From contig CAKSGV010000006.1 in assembly GCA_934454845.1 (NCBI GenBank), positions 12,898-76,897 of the forward strand: a stretch of 64,000 nucleotides of DNA, in the 5' to 3' direction. The position numbers and the translations under genes were made by a program. This document shows, one piece after another, positions 1 to 11,162 of this stretch; within the stretch, counting starts at the first letter, position 1, and each line of letters starts with the position of its first letter. The notes beneath the pieces were generated by a model. That model did not search any database, was not told where the DNA came from, and saw nothing but the letters and a program-made list of their open reading frames with translations. This DNA is from an uncultured Eubacteriales bacterium (GTDB lineage: Bacteria; Bacillota; Clostridia; Oscillospirales; Acutalibacteraceae).

Positions 1-798
1 GCCCTTGTTTCTGTAAGCTGTACCGCAGGTAACAGGAACCATTTCATTGGCTATTGTTGCCTTACGGATTATACGCTTGATTTCTTCAACAGAAGGCTCA
101 ACACCCTCAAAATATTTTTCCATAAGCTCGTCGTCCTGTTCAACAACAGCTTCGATCAGAGCAGTACGGTATTTTGCAGCAAGTTCTTTCATATCCTCGG
201 GAATTTCTTCGCGCCTTACATCTTTTCCGAGATCGTCATAATAAATCTCGGCGTCATTATTGATAAGGTCGACAATTCCTCTGAAAGTATCTTCAGCGCC
301 TATAGGGAGCTGAATCGGAACAGCGTTGCAGTTAAATCTGTCCTTGATCATATCAAGAACATGATAGAAATCCGCGCCCATAATATCCATTTTATTTACA
401 AATATCATACGCGGAACGTGGTATTCATTAGCCTGATGCCATACGGTTTCAGACTGTGGCTCAACACCGCCCTTAGCGCACAAAACGGTTACGGAACCGT
501 CAAGAACACGCAGTGAACGCTGAACTTCAACTGTGAAGTCAACGTGTCCGGGAGTGTCGATAATATTGATACGATGGTCTTTCCAAAAACAGGTGGTAGC
601 AGCGGAGGTAATTGTTATACCTCTTTCTTTCTCCTGCTCCATCCAGTCCATTGTGGAAGCGCCGTCATGAGTTTCACCCAATTTACGGTTAATACCGGTA
701 TAAAAAAGGATACGCTCTGTCGTTGTAGTTTTACCGGCATCAATATGAGCCATAATACCAATATTTCTTGTCATTTCAAGAGATACTTTTCTCGGCAT
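1..798 (-). CDS. fusA: Elongation factor G, N-terminal GTPase part (3' end runs off the window start)
   Basis: Reverse translation from ATG at 798 gives [35 protein letters not shown]...IIDTPGHV (EF-G G1/G3 motifs). The frame is open to position 1 and lies downstream of rpsL-rpsG as in str operons. Confidence 0.93.
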   Translation of the reverse strand, partial: MPRKVSLEMTRNIGIMAHIDAGKTTTTERILFYTGINRKLGETHDGASTMDWMEQEKERGITITSAATTCFWKDHRINIIDTPGHVDFTVEVQRSLRVLDGSVTVLCAKGGVEPQSETVWHQANEYHVPRMIFVNKMDIMGADFYHVLDMIKDRFNCNAVPIQLPIGAEDTFRGIVDLINNDAEIYYDDLGKDVRREEIPEDMKELAAKYRTALIEAVVEQDDELMEKYFEGVEPSVEEIKRIIRKATIANEMVPVTCGTAYRNKG

Positions 799-841
799 AT
801 TATCCTCCATTTCGCATTAAGCGATTAAATAATCCGGTAAA

Positions 842-1312
842 TTACCATCTGTAATGAGCAAAAGCCTTATTAGCTTCTGCTGTTCTGTGCATTTCTTCAC
901 GCTTCTTAACAGCATTGCCAAGACCGTTCGTTGCATCCATTATTTCGGCTGCAAGACGTTCTTTCATTGTGCGTTCTGAACGCTGACGGCTGAATGCCGT
1001 GAGCCAGCGCAAAGCCAAAGTCTGTTTTCTTTCGGGACGGACTTCAAACGGAACCTGATAGGTAGCTCCGCCCTTACGGACAGCTTTGCATTCGAGCTGC
1101 GGCATAATGTTTTCCATTGCCGCGTCGAAAACCTCAAGCGGTTCCTTTCCCGTTTTTTCACTGATGATGTCGAAAGCACCATAAACTATCTTCTGTGCTA
1201 CGCCTTTCTTACCGTCAAGCATAATGTTGTTGATAAGACGGGTAACCTTTTTAGAATTATAGATAGGATCCGGCAGTACATCGCGTTTTGCAATAAAGCC
1301 TCTTCTTGGCAC
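842..1312 (-). CDS. rpsG: 30S ribosomal protein S7
   Basis: ORF 842..1381 contains (V)[27 protein letters not shown]...AHYRW, a typical S7. The likely start is GTG at 1312, 8 nt after a GGAGG, giving 156 aa. Confidence 0.95.
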   Translation of the reverse strand: MPRRGFIAKRDVLPDPIYNSKKVTRLINNIMLDGKKGVAQKIVYGAFDIISEKTGKEPLEVFDAAMENIMPQLECKAVRKGGATYQVPFEVRPERKQTLALRWLTAFSRQRSERTMKERLAAEIMDATNGLGNAVKKREEMHRTAEANKAFAHYRW

Positions 1313-1446
1313 TTTACTTCCCTCCTTCATAATGATGATATCATAGGTACTCGAGTGACAAATTCCCGTCGCACCAAGCAAGGCTGATATAAATAAATAT
1401 ATAAACCCGCTTGTTTTACAGCAGAGATTTCGTCTTAAAAATTAAA

Positions 1447-1872
1447 TTACTTCTTTGCACCTGCTTTAGGACGCTTAGCTCCGTATTTAGAACGGGACTG
1501 CATTCTGTTTGCTACACCCTGGGTGTCAAGAGTTCCTCTTACGATGTGATAACGCACACCGGGGAGATCCTTAACACGGCCGCCACGGATAAGAACAACA
1601 CTGTGTTCCTGAAGGTTGTGGCCTATGCCCGGAATGTATGATGAAACCTCGATTCCGTTAGAAAGGCGGACTCTCGCAATTTTACGAAGAGCGGAGTTCG
1701 GCTTTTTCGGGGTAGAAGTTTTAACGGCTGTGCAAACACCGCGCTTCTGAGGCGAATCATTATCTGTAAGCTGACGCTTCATAGAATTGTAGCCTTTAAG
1801 AAGAGCAGGAGCTTTAGCCTTCTTCTCCACGGTTTCACGACCGCTGCGAACTAACTGGTTAAAGGTTGGCAC
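1447..1872 (-). CDS. rpsL: 30S ribosomal protein S12
   Basis: [11 protein letters not shown]...[10 protein letters not shown]...[18 protein letters not shown] is canonical S12. The ATG at 1881 sits only 2 nt from the GGAG core of the SD, so GTG at 1872 is the more plausible start. Confidence 0.94.
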   Translation of the reverse strand: MPTFNQLVRSGRETVEKKAKAPALLKGYNSMKRQLTDNDSPQKRGVCTAVKTSTPKKPNSALRKIARVRLSNGIEVSSYIPGIGHNLQEHSVVLIRGGRVKDLPGVRYHIVRGTLDTQGVANRMQSRSKYGAKRPKAGAKK

Positions 1873-1946
1873 TTTTACCATCTCTCCTTTCTCAAATATT
1901 TATACGCGAAACCGGCACAATACGCCATAATTTCACATACTCTAAT

Positions 1947-1975
1947 ATAATAACACCTACTTTAAAATTTGTCAA
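1947..1975 (-). promoter_or_regulatory. Putative sigma-A promoter of the str operon (TTGACA-17-TATTAT)
   Basis: The reverse complement reads TTGACA (1975-1970), a 17 nt spacer, then TATTAT (1952-1947), about 70 nt upstream of rpsL. Confidence 0.5.
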
Positions 1976-1980
1976 CAAAA

Positions 1981-2012
1981 AAATAAAAAAAGACCGCTTA
2001 AAAAGCGGTCTT
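1981..2012 (-). terminator. Intrinsic terminator after groEL
   Basis: Hairpin AAGACCGC-ttaaaaa-GCGGTCTT (1990-2012), followed on the minus strand by TTTTTTATTT. Confidence 0.7.
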
Positions 2013-2035
2013 AAAAAATTATCGGAATTTTTTGA

Positions 2036-3679
<1,644 letters not shown>

Positions 3680-3693
3680 CTATTCCTCCCGAA

Positions 3694-3978
3694 TTATTCA
3701 ACTATTGCAAGAATATCCGCTATATGAAGAACGGAATACTCTTCATCATCAACTTTTATATCAGTACCGGCATATTTGGCAGCGATAACCTTATCTCCTA
3801 CCTTAACTGTCATTTTAACCTCTTTGCCGTCAACCGCACCGCCGGGGCCTACAGCTACAACTTCAGCTATCTGAGGCTTTTCCTTTGAAGCGGATGTGAG
3901 AACGATACCGCTTTTAGTGGTTTCTTCGGTTTTAGCGGCTTTTACAACGACATTATCCGCAAGTGGTTTAATAATCAT
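3694..3978 (-). CDS. groS: Co-chaperonin GroES
   Basis: MIIKPLADNVVVKAAKTEETTKSGIVL...VKVGDKVIAAKYAGTDIKVDDEEYSVL. The ATG at 3978 is 7 nt after GGAGG; the longer ORF to 4020 has no SD. Confidence 0.94.
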   Translation of the reverse strand: MIIKPLADNVVVKAAKTEETTKSGIVLTSASKEKPQIAEVVAVGPGGAVDGKEVKMTVKVGDKVIAAKYAGTDIKVDDEEYSVLHIADILAIVE

Positions 3979-4057
3979 TTTTATTCCTCCGTAAAATATG
4001 ATCGGTGCTTTTTTCATCACCGTACATTATGATATTATAGCACTATTTTCTAAAAAG

Positions 4058-4999
4058 TCAAGTAAAGTCAAACACATTTAATTTTTTATTAACATTTTCG
4101 ACTTCCACACCTTCAGGCAAAATAAAATTTACCGCTTTAGGGGCTATTTCAAATTTCATTTTTGAAATTTCCGATATCTCACCGTCAAGATTTACAGGTA
4201 CCGGTTTTTCCGAAGAAAATTCCATAGTCCTGCAGGTTTTTAAAACGCAGTAATCAAATTCCGCGTGTTTGCCTTTTTTATATTTGTTTAAAAAATTCGG
4301 TATTTTTAATTTAGATATTTTTTCAACAAGCGTAAAATCAAGCTGACCGTCAAAAGGATCGGCTTTGGGAGCTGCCATATATCCTCCGCCGTAAAAAGGA
4401 GCGTTAGCCGCAACGGCAAAAAGACAGTTTGAGAAAAACGATTTTTTACCGTCTAACGAAATCTTTGCCGAAATTCCTATCTTACCGAGAAATGTTTTAA
4501 CAATGGCAAGATTGTATGCAAGTGGACCCGTTACCAAAGGCAGGCGTTTATAGATCTGCATATCTCTCGCCACGACCGCATCCATTCCTATTGAGCATCC
4601 GTTAAGGCAATAAAAATCGTTTGCCTTTATCGCGTCTATTTTAACGCTTTTACCTTTTATTTGCGCGGCCAAATCCGAAAAGGGAGCCGAGGACTTGAAA
4701 AATTTCAGAAAATCGTTAGCCGAGCCACAGGGAATAACGCCGATCGATGCATTTTCAAAACCAATTATCCCGTTTAACACTTCAAATACAGTTCCCTCGC
4801 CGCCGCAGGCAAAGATTTTTATCTCTCCGCCTTTTTTTGCCTCGTTTTTTGCTATATTTACGGCTTCGCCCTTAAATTCGGTAAAATAAACCGCACTGTT
4901 TTCTTCCCTTTTCGGAAAGCAGGCTTTTATTTTATTATAGATATCTTTTTGAATTTTGCCTTTTCCTGCCGCGGGATTGATAATAAATATGTATCTCAT
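4058..4999 (-). CDS. Diacylglycerol/lipid kinase family protein (YegS/DagK-like)
   Basis: 313 aa with a DAGK catalytic-domain signature: IINPAAGKGK...FACGGEGTVFEVLNGI...IPCGSANDF. Confidence 0.85.
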   Translation of the reverse strand: MRYIFIINPAAGKGKIQKDIYNKIKACFPKREENSAVYFTEFKGEAVNIAKNEAKKGGEIKIFACGGEGTVFEVLNGIIGFENASIGVIPCGSANDFLKFFKSSAPFSDLAAQIKGKSVKIDAIKANDFYCLNGCSIGMDAVVARDMQIYKRLPLVTGPLAYNLAIVKTFLGKIGISAKISLDGKKSFFSNCLFAVAANAPFYGGGYMAAPKADPFDGQLDFTLVEKISKLKIPNFLNKYKKGKHAEFDYCVLKTCRTMEFSSEKPVPVNLDGEISEISKMKFEIAPKAVNFILPEGVEVENVNKKLNVFDFT

Positions 5000-6132
5000 C
5001 TTTTTTCTCCGTTATTCTTGAAATACATAAAATATTGGCATTTTATCATTCCGTTATAAAGTTTCCTTCTTTTATCGGCAGGTCTGCCGAAGATTTTCTC
5101 AAAATCATCGTGCGGACTTATTACAAAATACTTTTTGCCTTTTTCCATGATAAATCTTTTACCCATAACGGCGTAAAGTTCTTCTGCCGCTTTAACATCT
5201 AAAAGCCGCTCGCCGTAAGGCGGATTGGTGATGGTTATGCATCTGTCAAATTCAGGCTTAAAATCGCGGATATCGGCGATATGGGCTTTTACATATTTTT
5301 CTACTCCGGCTTTTTTAGCATTAGCCAAAGTCAGCTCTATGCAGGATTTATCGATATCCGATCCGATAGCTTCAAATTCGGCGTTATGGATTATAAGATC
5401 CTGCGCTCTTACCCTTTCTTCTCTAAAAGCCTCTCGGGGAAAGAAAGAGTATCTCTCGGCAGCAAAATATCTGTTTAGTCCGGGTGCTCTTTTGGTAGCC
5501 ATAAGTGCCGCTTCTATAAGTATAGTTCCGCTGCCGCAGAAAGGATCATAAATTTTAGTATCGGGATAAATCCTTGCAAGATCGCACATAGAGGCGGCAA
5601 GCGTCTCTTTTAAAGGAGCGTCATTTGAATTTTTTCTGTAACCCCTTTTATGCAAACCCTCGCCGGAAGTATCTATCATCAAAGAGAATTCATCTTTAAG
5701 AGCGGTGAATTTAATTCTTACTTCAGCCCCTGTTTCTTCAAACCATTTTATTTTATATTTAGAGCTTAACCTGTCAACAATAGCTTTTTTTATTATTTTT
5801 TGGCAATCCGGTATACTGTGTAGTGCAGAATCAATGCTTGAACCCGTAACCGGAAATGCGTCTGTCTTTCCGATAAATCTTTCCCACTCGAGAGCTTTAA
5901 CATTATCAAAAAGCTCCGTAAAGCTTTCCGCTTTAAAGTTCCCTACAACAATAAGTATTCTTTCTGCAAACCTTGAATTGATATTGGCTCTGGCAAGCAT
6001 TTCATATCCGCCGGAAAGTAAAACTCTTCCGTTTTGCACAGAAACATCCTCAAATCCCATTCTGCGGAATTCATCGGCGGCAATGCTTTCAGTTCCGAAA
6101 AGGCACGGCGCCGCCATTTTTAATTGTTCCAT
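4996..6132 (-). CDS. THUMP-domain class I SAM-dependent RNA methyltransferase (RlmL/YpsC-like)
   Basis: 378 aa, with DPFCGSGTILIEAA (SAM motif I) and ITNPPYGERL (the NPPY N-methylase motif). Confidence 0.85.
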   Translation of the reverse strand: MEQLKMAAPCLFGTESIAADEFRRMGFEDVSVQNGRVLLSGGYEMLARANINSRFAERILIVVGNFKAESFTELFDNVKALEWERFIGKTDAFPVTGSSIDSALHSIPDCQKIIKKAIVDRLSSKYKIKWFEETGAEVRIKFTALKDEFSLMIDTSGEGLHKRGYRKNSNDAPLKETLAASMCDLARIYPDTKIYDPFCGSGTILIEAALMATKRAPGLNRYFAAERYSFFPREAFREERVRAQDLIIHNAEFEAIGSDIDKSCIELTLANAKKAGVEKYVKAHIADIRDFKPEFDRCITITNPPYGERLLDVKAAEELYAVMGKRFIMEKGKKYFVISPHDDFEKIFGRPADKRRKLYNGMIKCQYFMYFKNNGEKR

Positions 6133-6154
6133 ATTTATCTCCCTTGTTCAAAAA

Positions 6155-6181
6155 ACAGCGCTTTTTTAAAAAAAGCGCTGT
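6155..6181 (-). terminator. Hairpin terminator downstream of the S1-domain gene
   Basis: ACAGCGCTTTTT / AAAAAGCGCTGT inverted repeat, immediately 3' of the stop at 6191. Confidence 0.55.
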
Positions 6182-6190
6182 CTGATTTCT

Positions 6191-6646
6191 CTATTGTCTT
6201 CCCCCGCGCTTGGTTCTGTGAGCGTCGGGATTTTTCCTTTTAAGGTCGGAAAACTTATCGTCGCTTGTAGCTTTAAATTTATTCATCATTTCTTCAAAGC
6301 TCGCAGGCTCTTCTTTTTTAGCACCCCAAACAAAAGATCCGTCAGGCTTAGGCGAAGAAAATTGCCTTTTAGGCGGTCTTTGCCTTCTTTCACCCTCTGC
6401 TTTTTGCTCGGGCTCTGCCGCTCTTTTGATACTGAGAGAAATTTTTCCGTCTTCCCCAATGGAAAGAACCTTCATTTTCACGACATCATTTTCTTTGACA
6501 AAATCGTGAATATCGTTAACATAAGCTTTTGCCACCTCGGAAATATGGACCATTCCCGATTTTCCGTCACCGATATCTGCGAAGAGACCGAAATTTGTGA
6601 TCCCGGTTATTTTCCCCTCGACGATATCTCCTACCTTAAGCTGCAT
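6191..6646 (-). CDS. S1 domain RNA-binding protein (YabR-like)
   Basis: LKVGDIVEGKITGITNFGLFADIGDGKSGMVHISEV...VKMKVLSIGEDGKISLSIK is a single S1 fold with a basic tail. Its position after divIC matches the Bacillus yabR context. Confidence 0.85.
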   Translation of the reverse strand: MQLKVGDIVEGKITGITNFGLFADIGDGKSGMVHISEVAKAYVNDIHDFVKENDVVKMKVLSIGEDGKISLSIKRAAEPEQKAEGERRQRPPKRQFSSPKPDGSFVWGAKKEEPASFEEMMNKFKATSDDKFSDLKRKNPDAHRTKRGGRQ

Positions 6647-6669
6647 AGAAATTTAAAATCCTCCCCAAA

Positions 6670-6960
6670 TCATTTACCGGAAATATCCTCATAAATTTCC
6701 TCATTTGAATAAATATACCCGAAATAATCACGGGCCGCTTTTTCTATGAGCTTATTATGAGCTTCATCCGAGTTTAATTCCTCAAGTGTTTTTATATCTT
6801 CGCTGAGCTGTGTTTTTGAAACCGCAAGCTGCTTTTCTTCTTTTTTAAGATCATAAAGTTTATTCCACAAAGTTGCCAGCGTGATAACCATATAACCCGA
6901 CACAAGCAAAACCAAAAGCCGCAACAAAACGCTTTTTCTGCGCCTTACCTTTTTTGCCAT
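6670..6960 (-). CDS. divIC: Septum formation initiator (FtsB/DivIC family)
   Basis: 96 aa with an N-terminal basic stretch plus TM helix, then a coiled coil (LYDLKKEEKQLAVSKTQLSEDIKTLEELN). It lies between yabQ and yabR homologues. Confidence 0.72.
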   Translation of the reverse strand: MAKKVRRRKSVLLRLLVLLVSGYMVITLATLWNKLYDLKKEEKQLAVSKTQLSEDIKTLEELNSDEAHNKLIEKAARDYFGYIYSNEEIYEDISGK

Positions 6961-7056
6961 TTCAGATTTCTCCGTTTCATAATTTAAAATTATATAGGAT
7001 AAAACGGCAGTCTTATCAACATTACAAATCTAATATATAACAATAGCACGGTTTTT

Positions 7057-7491
7057 TCAAGCTTTTTTTGTTTTTTTGGCAAAACTTTTAACCGATTTTT
7101 TCATCTTATCGGTTGAATTTGCGGCAAAGTTGCAAAACTTATCGGTTTTTTTGATTAAAAAAACAAAGGCTTTTCTTACCGCTTTAACTATCACAGAAAC
7201 AAGTTTAAACCACGGCTTTGAAAAAGTCACTCTGCAAAACAGCGCGCCGAGCAAAGCGAAGATAAGAATATAGCCTCTTATTTCACCGTTTGTTCTGACA
7301 AAGAAAAAAAGGAAATAAAAAAATGCCGATATCGCCCAAAAAAACATATCCTGAATAAAAATATCCAAACTTTTGCACCTGGCATTTTTTCTTATGCTTC
7401 TGAAAATATCATAAAAAAGGCAGGATAATATTCCTAAAACGAAAGAATATAAAACGGTAAGGATCTGATCGGTATTACTGATCTCCCACAT
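7057..7491 (-). CDS. yabQ: Spore cortex biosynthesis protein YabQ-like membrane protein
   Basis: 144 aa with multiple TM helices, immediately downstream of yabP (2 nt gap). The call rests on synteny plus topology. Confidence 0.68.
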   Translation of the reverse strand: MWEISNTDQILTVLYSFVLGILSCLFYDIFRSIRKNARCKSLDIFIQDMFFWAISAFFYFLFFFVRTNGEIRGYILIFALLGALFCRVTFSKPWFKLVSVIVKAVRKAFVFLIKKTDKFCNFAANSTDKMKKSVKSFAKKTKKA

Positions 7492-7492
7492 G

Positions 7493-7765
7493 TTATCTGA
7501 AAAATCTTGAAAGCAGTCCGCCGGAAGATTTTACTTCATTCATATAAACTGCGGCATAAATTTTTCCGCCGGCGGTGAGATCACCGGTGTCGTTATCAAA
7601 ACTTTCTATATGAAGATTCTCTCCCTTGACCGTAATTTTTCCCATAACCGTGTTAAAAAGCAAAGTTTCATCATCAAAAGAAATAACGTCTTTAACTCCG
7701 CTCACTCTGATTTTTTCGCGTTCATCAATAACAATACTGTGAGGTATATATGCGTTATCTTCCAA
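7493..7765 (-). CDS. yabP: Sporulation protein YabP
   Basis: HSIVIDEREKIRVSGVKDVISFDDETLLFNTVMGKITVKGENLHIESFD matches the YabP family pattern. Confidence 0.85.
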   Translation of the reverse strand: MEDNAYIPHSIVIDEREKIRVSGVKDVISFDDETLLFNTVMGKITVKGENLHIESFDNDTGDLTAGGKIYAAVYMNEVKSSGGLLSRFFR

Positions 7766-7809
7766 AAAAATCCCTCCCGATAAAAATTTATATTCGGGAG
7801 GAAAAAGTT

Positions 7810-8052
7810 TTATTCTATTATTCTGTAAAGGTTATCCGAGTCTTCTTTCTTAATTACCTCTTTAACCTCAGTTACTTCAATTTTAACATTTCTGTTTCCG
7901 AAAGCAATCTCTATTATATCCCCGGGTTTCACATCATAAGAGGCTCTGGCAATTTTTGAATTGACCGTTACTCTTCCTTTATCGCACGCCTCGTTTGCAA
8001 CGGTTCTGCGCTTGATAATTCTTGAAATTTTTAAAAATTTATCGAGTCTCAT
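7810..8052 (-). CDS. S4-domain RNA-binding protein (YabO/Hsp15-like)
   Basis: MRLDKFLKISRIIKRRTVANEACDKGRVTVNSKIARASYDVKPGDII is an S4 alpha-L motif. Confidence 0.85.
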   Translation of the reverse strand: MRLDKFLKISRIIKRRTVANEACDKGRVTVNSKIARASYDVKPGDIIEIAFGNRNVKIEVTEVKEVIKKEDSDNLYRIIE

Positions 8053-8059
8053 AAAAATA

Positions 8060-8105
8060 CCTTTAAAAAGCCGCCTTTATGATCTGATACCATAAAGGCG
8101 GCTTT
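8060..8105 (-). terminator. Intrinsic terminator after hup
   Basis: AAAGCCGCCTTTATG (8068-8082) pairs with CATAAAGGCGGCTTT (8091-8105), 13 nt beyond the hup stop. Confidence 0.7.
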
Positions 8106-8118
8106 AAAATTTAAAAAA

Positions 8119-8391
8119 TTATTTTATAGCATCCTTAAGAGCTTTGCCTGCTTTGAATACGGGATTCTTAGAAGCGGCAATGTTAATGGTCTGCTTTGTC
8201 TGCGGATTGATACCGGTTCTTGCAGCGCGCTCACGAACTTCAAAAGTTCCGAAGCCTACAAGCTGAACCTTTCCGTTTTCTTTAAGAGTTTCGGTTACAG
8301 CCTCAACAACAGCTGCAACAGCTTTTTCAGCATCTTTCTTAGAAAGATCTGCTTTTGCAGCAACGGCTGCAACTAATTCAGTCTTGTTCAT
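8119..8391 (-). CDS. hup: HU family DNA-binding protein
   Basis: [25 protein letters not shown]...[24 protein letters not shown]...[10 protein letters not shown] is canonical HU. Confidence 0.96.
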   Translation of the reverse strand: MNKTELVAAVAAKADLSKKDAEKAVAAVVEAVTETLKENGKVQLVGFGTFEVRERAARTGINPQTKQTINIAASKNPVFKAGKALKDAIK

Positions 8392-8589
8392 TGTTAGTCC
8401 TCCAAAAAATTAAGTATGTTTTAAAAAAGCCTAAAATCTGTTGGCTACATATATTATTAGCATATTTTAAAGTAAAAATCAACTGTTTTCCGCTACTTTT
8501 TATATTTTGTTCAAAAAAATTAAGATTTTTTAGTCAATTTAACCATAAGATTTCCCGATTTTCAACAAATTACAACTGATTTATACAAA

Positions 8590-10095
8590 TCATCGCTTTA
8601 TGCAGTTTTTAATTTCCTCTTTGGAAACAATTCCGAATGTTATTATTATAATCATATAAATTACTGCCGCAGCCGCAAAAGAAAGTGCCGAAAACAAAGA
8701 AGAATTTGTGTGTTTCTCAATAAAATATGCCGTCGATACGCTTGCAATCGCAGGTATTACAGGTTTCAAATAAATCAAAATATCTTTTAAATCTATTATA
8801 TTTCTGTTTTTTAAAATTACAATTAAATATAAAAGTATAAAAAGATAACAAAAAACAGTGGCTAAAACAGTCGCTTCAATTTCAAAAGAAGTAACAGCCA
8901 TAAGCATAATATTTAAAGCAAGCTTAAATCCCGCACCGATTGCCACCGCTTTAAAGGCAAATTTTTCAAGCTTATAGGCCTGCATCACCGATATAAGCGG
9001 AATTGCAAGACCTGCAAAAAGTGCCGCAGGTGCAAAAAGGGCTAAAACTCTTGCTCCGAAAGTTTCAGACATTTCTCCCGTAAAAAGGAGCCTCATTATA
9101 GGCTTAGCCATAGCGATCATCCCTAAAGCCGCGGGAACAGCTAAAACAGAGCTTAATTTCATTACGGAAAGCAAAGCTTTTTTTGATTTTTTTAAATCCT
9201 TATTTTCATTTGCTTTTATTATTATAGGGAAAGCGCTGATTCCTATAACCGAAACAAACGAAACCGTAAAATTAAATAGAGTGTAAGCCTTGCTTCTTAC
9301 GCCGTAAACCGCATTGATATCAAAAGATACGCTTTTAAGCGACAGCACCGTTTTAACAGTGACTGAATCAATAAGATTTGTCATAGTAGAGCAAAGTGCC
9401 GCGGTGGCTATCGGAAGAGTTATAAGTAATACTTTTTTTGCATTGATCAAGCTCTCTTCGGCATTTGGATCGGATGTTTTATTTTTTCGATAATCGCCTT
9501 TAATAAAAATCAGCGATACGATAACTCCGAGTGAAATTCCTAAAATTGCTCCTGCCGCTCCGAGATAAGATCTAGCGGTAAGTTTAAAAATGAAATATGC
9601 AAAACCATAGCCTGCCGCAAGCTTGAAAAGCGCCTGAATTATATCGGAAACGGCTGTGGGAATCATATTTCTTTTAAACTCAAAATATCCCCTGTAAGCG
9701 GAAACGCAAAAGCTTGCTATTATACCCGGCATAAGTGCAAGATAGCACAATGATCCCTTAAAATCTCTGCTTATCAGCATAACTAACGCGGCGACGCACA
9801 TCACCGCCAAAGTAAAGATGACTCCTATCCTAAAAAACGGCTTCTCGATATTGTTTATTCCTATTTTTCCTTTTCCCTCTGCAAAAATGCGCGCCGCCGC
9901 AACGGGGAGACCTACAGACGAAAGCGCGTAAACAGGAGAAAAAAGATCATAGGCAAGAGAAAAATATCCGAAACCTCTGTCGCTTAAAAGATTTGAGATA
10001 GGAATTTTAAATATTGCGCCTATTATCTTGACCAGCGCCGTGGAAAGAATGAGGATAAACGCTCCTTTTTCAAACGTTTGAGCCTTAGAATTCAT
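8590..10095 (-). CDS. MOP-superfamily polysaccharide/lipid II flippase (YabM/SpoVB/MurJ-like)
   Basis: 501 aa with about 14 predicted TM segments, in the position of yabM within the conserved yabM-yabR block. Confidence 0.78.
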   Translation of the reverse strand: MNSKAQTFEKGAFILILSTALVKIIGAIFKIPISNLLSDRGFGYFSLAYDLFSPVYALSSVGLPVAAARIFAEGKGKIGINNIEKPFFRIGVIFTLAVMCVAALVMLISRDFKGSLCYLALMPGIIASFCVSAYRGYFEFKRNMIPTAVSDIIQALFKLAAGYGFAYFIFKLTARSYLGAAGAILGISLGVIVSLIFIKGDYRKNKTSDPNAEESLINAKKVLLITLPIATAALCSTMTNLIDSVTVKTVLSLKSVSFDINAVYGVRSKAYTLFNFTVSFVSVIGISAFPIIIKANENKDLKKSKKALLSVMKLSSVLAVPAALGMIAMAKPIMRLLFTGEMSETFGARVLALFAPAALFAGLAIPLISVMQAYKLEKFAFKAVAIGAGFKLALNIMLMAVTSFEIEATVLATVFCYLFILLYLIVILKNRNIIDLKDILIYLKPVIPAIASVSTAYFIEKHTNSSLFSALSFAAAAVIYMIIIITFGIVSKEEIKNCIKR

Positions 10096-10783
10096 AATTT
10101 TTTATAACTTCTTTCAGATATGTTAAAAAAATATTAGGCAGGCTCATATTATCGAAAGAATTCATTTCGCGGTGGTTTTTTAAAGCGTCGTTTCCGCCGT
10201 TGTCAGATATTCTGCGAAGTGCACAAAAGGGTATATTTGCCGCATTGCATACAGCGGCGGCGGCGGCCGTTTCCATATCGCAGGAATCGGCACCTAATTC
10301 TTTAATCAGCTTATTTTTCAAATTATCATTGCAGATAAATCTATCTCCGCTGACAGCGAGCCTCGAAGTTTCAAATCCCGTGTTTTTGGCAATCGCGAGC
10401 AAAGACTTGTCCGCAAAGCAAGGAGTGATTTGTCCGGGCTTGAAATATGGTTTATATCCGATTTCGGAAAGATCAAAATCGTGTTCTAAAAAAAGCTCGG
10501 GAAAAGTGCAAGCTCCCCTTTTTATGCCGGAAAGCCCGCCTGACATTCCGAAATTAAGCACGATTTTGCAATCCGTATCTATCAGGTGCATTGCTCCTGC
10601 TGCGGCATTGACTTTCCCTACTCCGCAGAAAATTGACGTCACTTCCGTACAGCCGATATTAAATTTCACGCCCTCTTTATCAAGATAATCAATTTTTTTA
10701 TATCCGATATCCGAAAGCGAAGAAACAAAAGGGATATACTCGTCTTTATCGGCAATTAAAAGTCCTATTTTATTCATCATCAA
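10085..10783 (-). CDS. MTA/SAH nucleosidase-family protein (PNP_UDP_1 fold)
   Basis: IFCGVGKVNAAAGAMHLI...NFGMSGGL...SCDMETAAAAAVC resembles MtnN/Pfs motifs. Confidence 0.72.
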   Translation of the reverse strand: MMMNKIGLLIADKDEYIPFVSSLSDIGYKKIDYLDKEGVKFNIGCTEVTSIFCGVGKVNAAAGAMHLIDTDCKIVLNFGMSGGLSGIKRGACTFPELFLEHDFDLSEIGYKPYFKPGQITPCFADKSLLAIAKNTGFETSRLAVSGDRFICNDNLKNKLIKELGADSCDMETAAAAAVCNAANIPFCALRRISDNGGNDALKNHREMNSFDNMSLPNIFLTYLKEVIKNYEF

Positions 10784-11139
10784 TCAAGCTTCATTCCGCA
10801 GTTGCTGCAATATGTCGAGCCTTTTAAATTCTCTTTTTTGCAGTTTTTGCAGATAACTTTTTCCTTGCTGTTATACATTTCCTTTTCTAACTGCCCGATT
10901 TTTTCGGATTTGTTTTTTATAGCCGCAACTATGCTTTTTGCTTCATCATTGCAAGCTTCGCTTTCACCGAGAAAATCAAAGTAAGTTTTTCCGAGCTTTA
11001 AATAAAGCTTATCTCTCTCGTTTTTAACTGCGGCAATATTGAATTTTTTCTTTTCGGTGTTTACTATTTCGCCTGTTTTTTTGCAGGCAATATCCACAGC
11101 CTGCTTTGCTTTGTCAAAAACATCATTAAATTTTTCCAT
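10780..11139 (-). CDS. Zinc-ribbon domain protein, function unknown
   Basis: 119 aa, helical N-terminus and a C-terminal CKNC...CSNC zinc ribbon. Confidence 0.6.
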   Translation of the reverse strand: MEKFNDVFDKAKQAVDIACKKTGEIVNTEKKKFNIAAVKNERDKLYLKLGKTYFDFLGESEACNDEAKSIVAAIKNKSEKIGQLEKEMYNSKEKVICKNCKKENLKGSTYCSNCGMKLD

Positions 11140-11162
11140 ATATATATTTCCTCCTTTAATAA

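Noticed and set aside
3979-4061. Searched the groES upstream region for a CIRCE (HrcA) operator, TTAGCACTC-N9-GAGTGCTAA.
   Set aside because: Only a right-half-like AGTGCTA overlapping the TTGACT-16-TATAAT promoter and a 5-bp CGGTG/CACCG dyad are present, with no acceptable left half. I therefore do not call CIRCE. Its absence is mildly unusual for a clostridial groESL but cannot be interpreted from one window.
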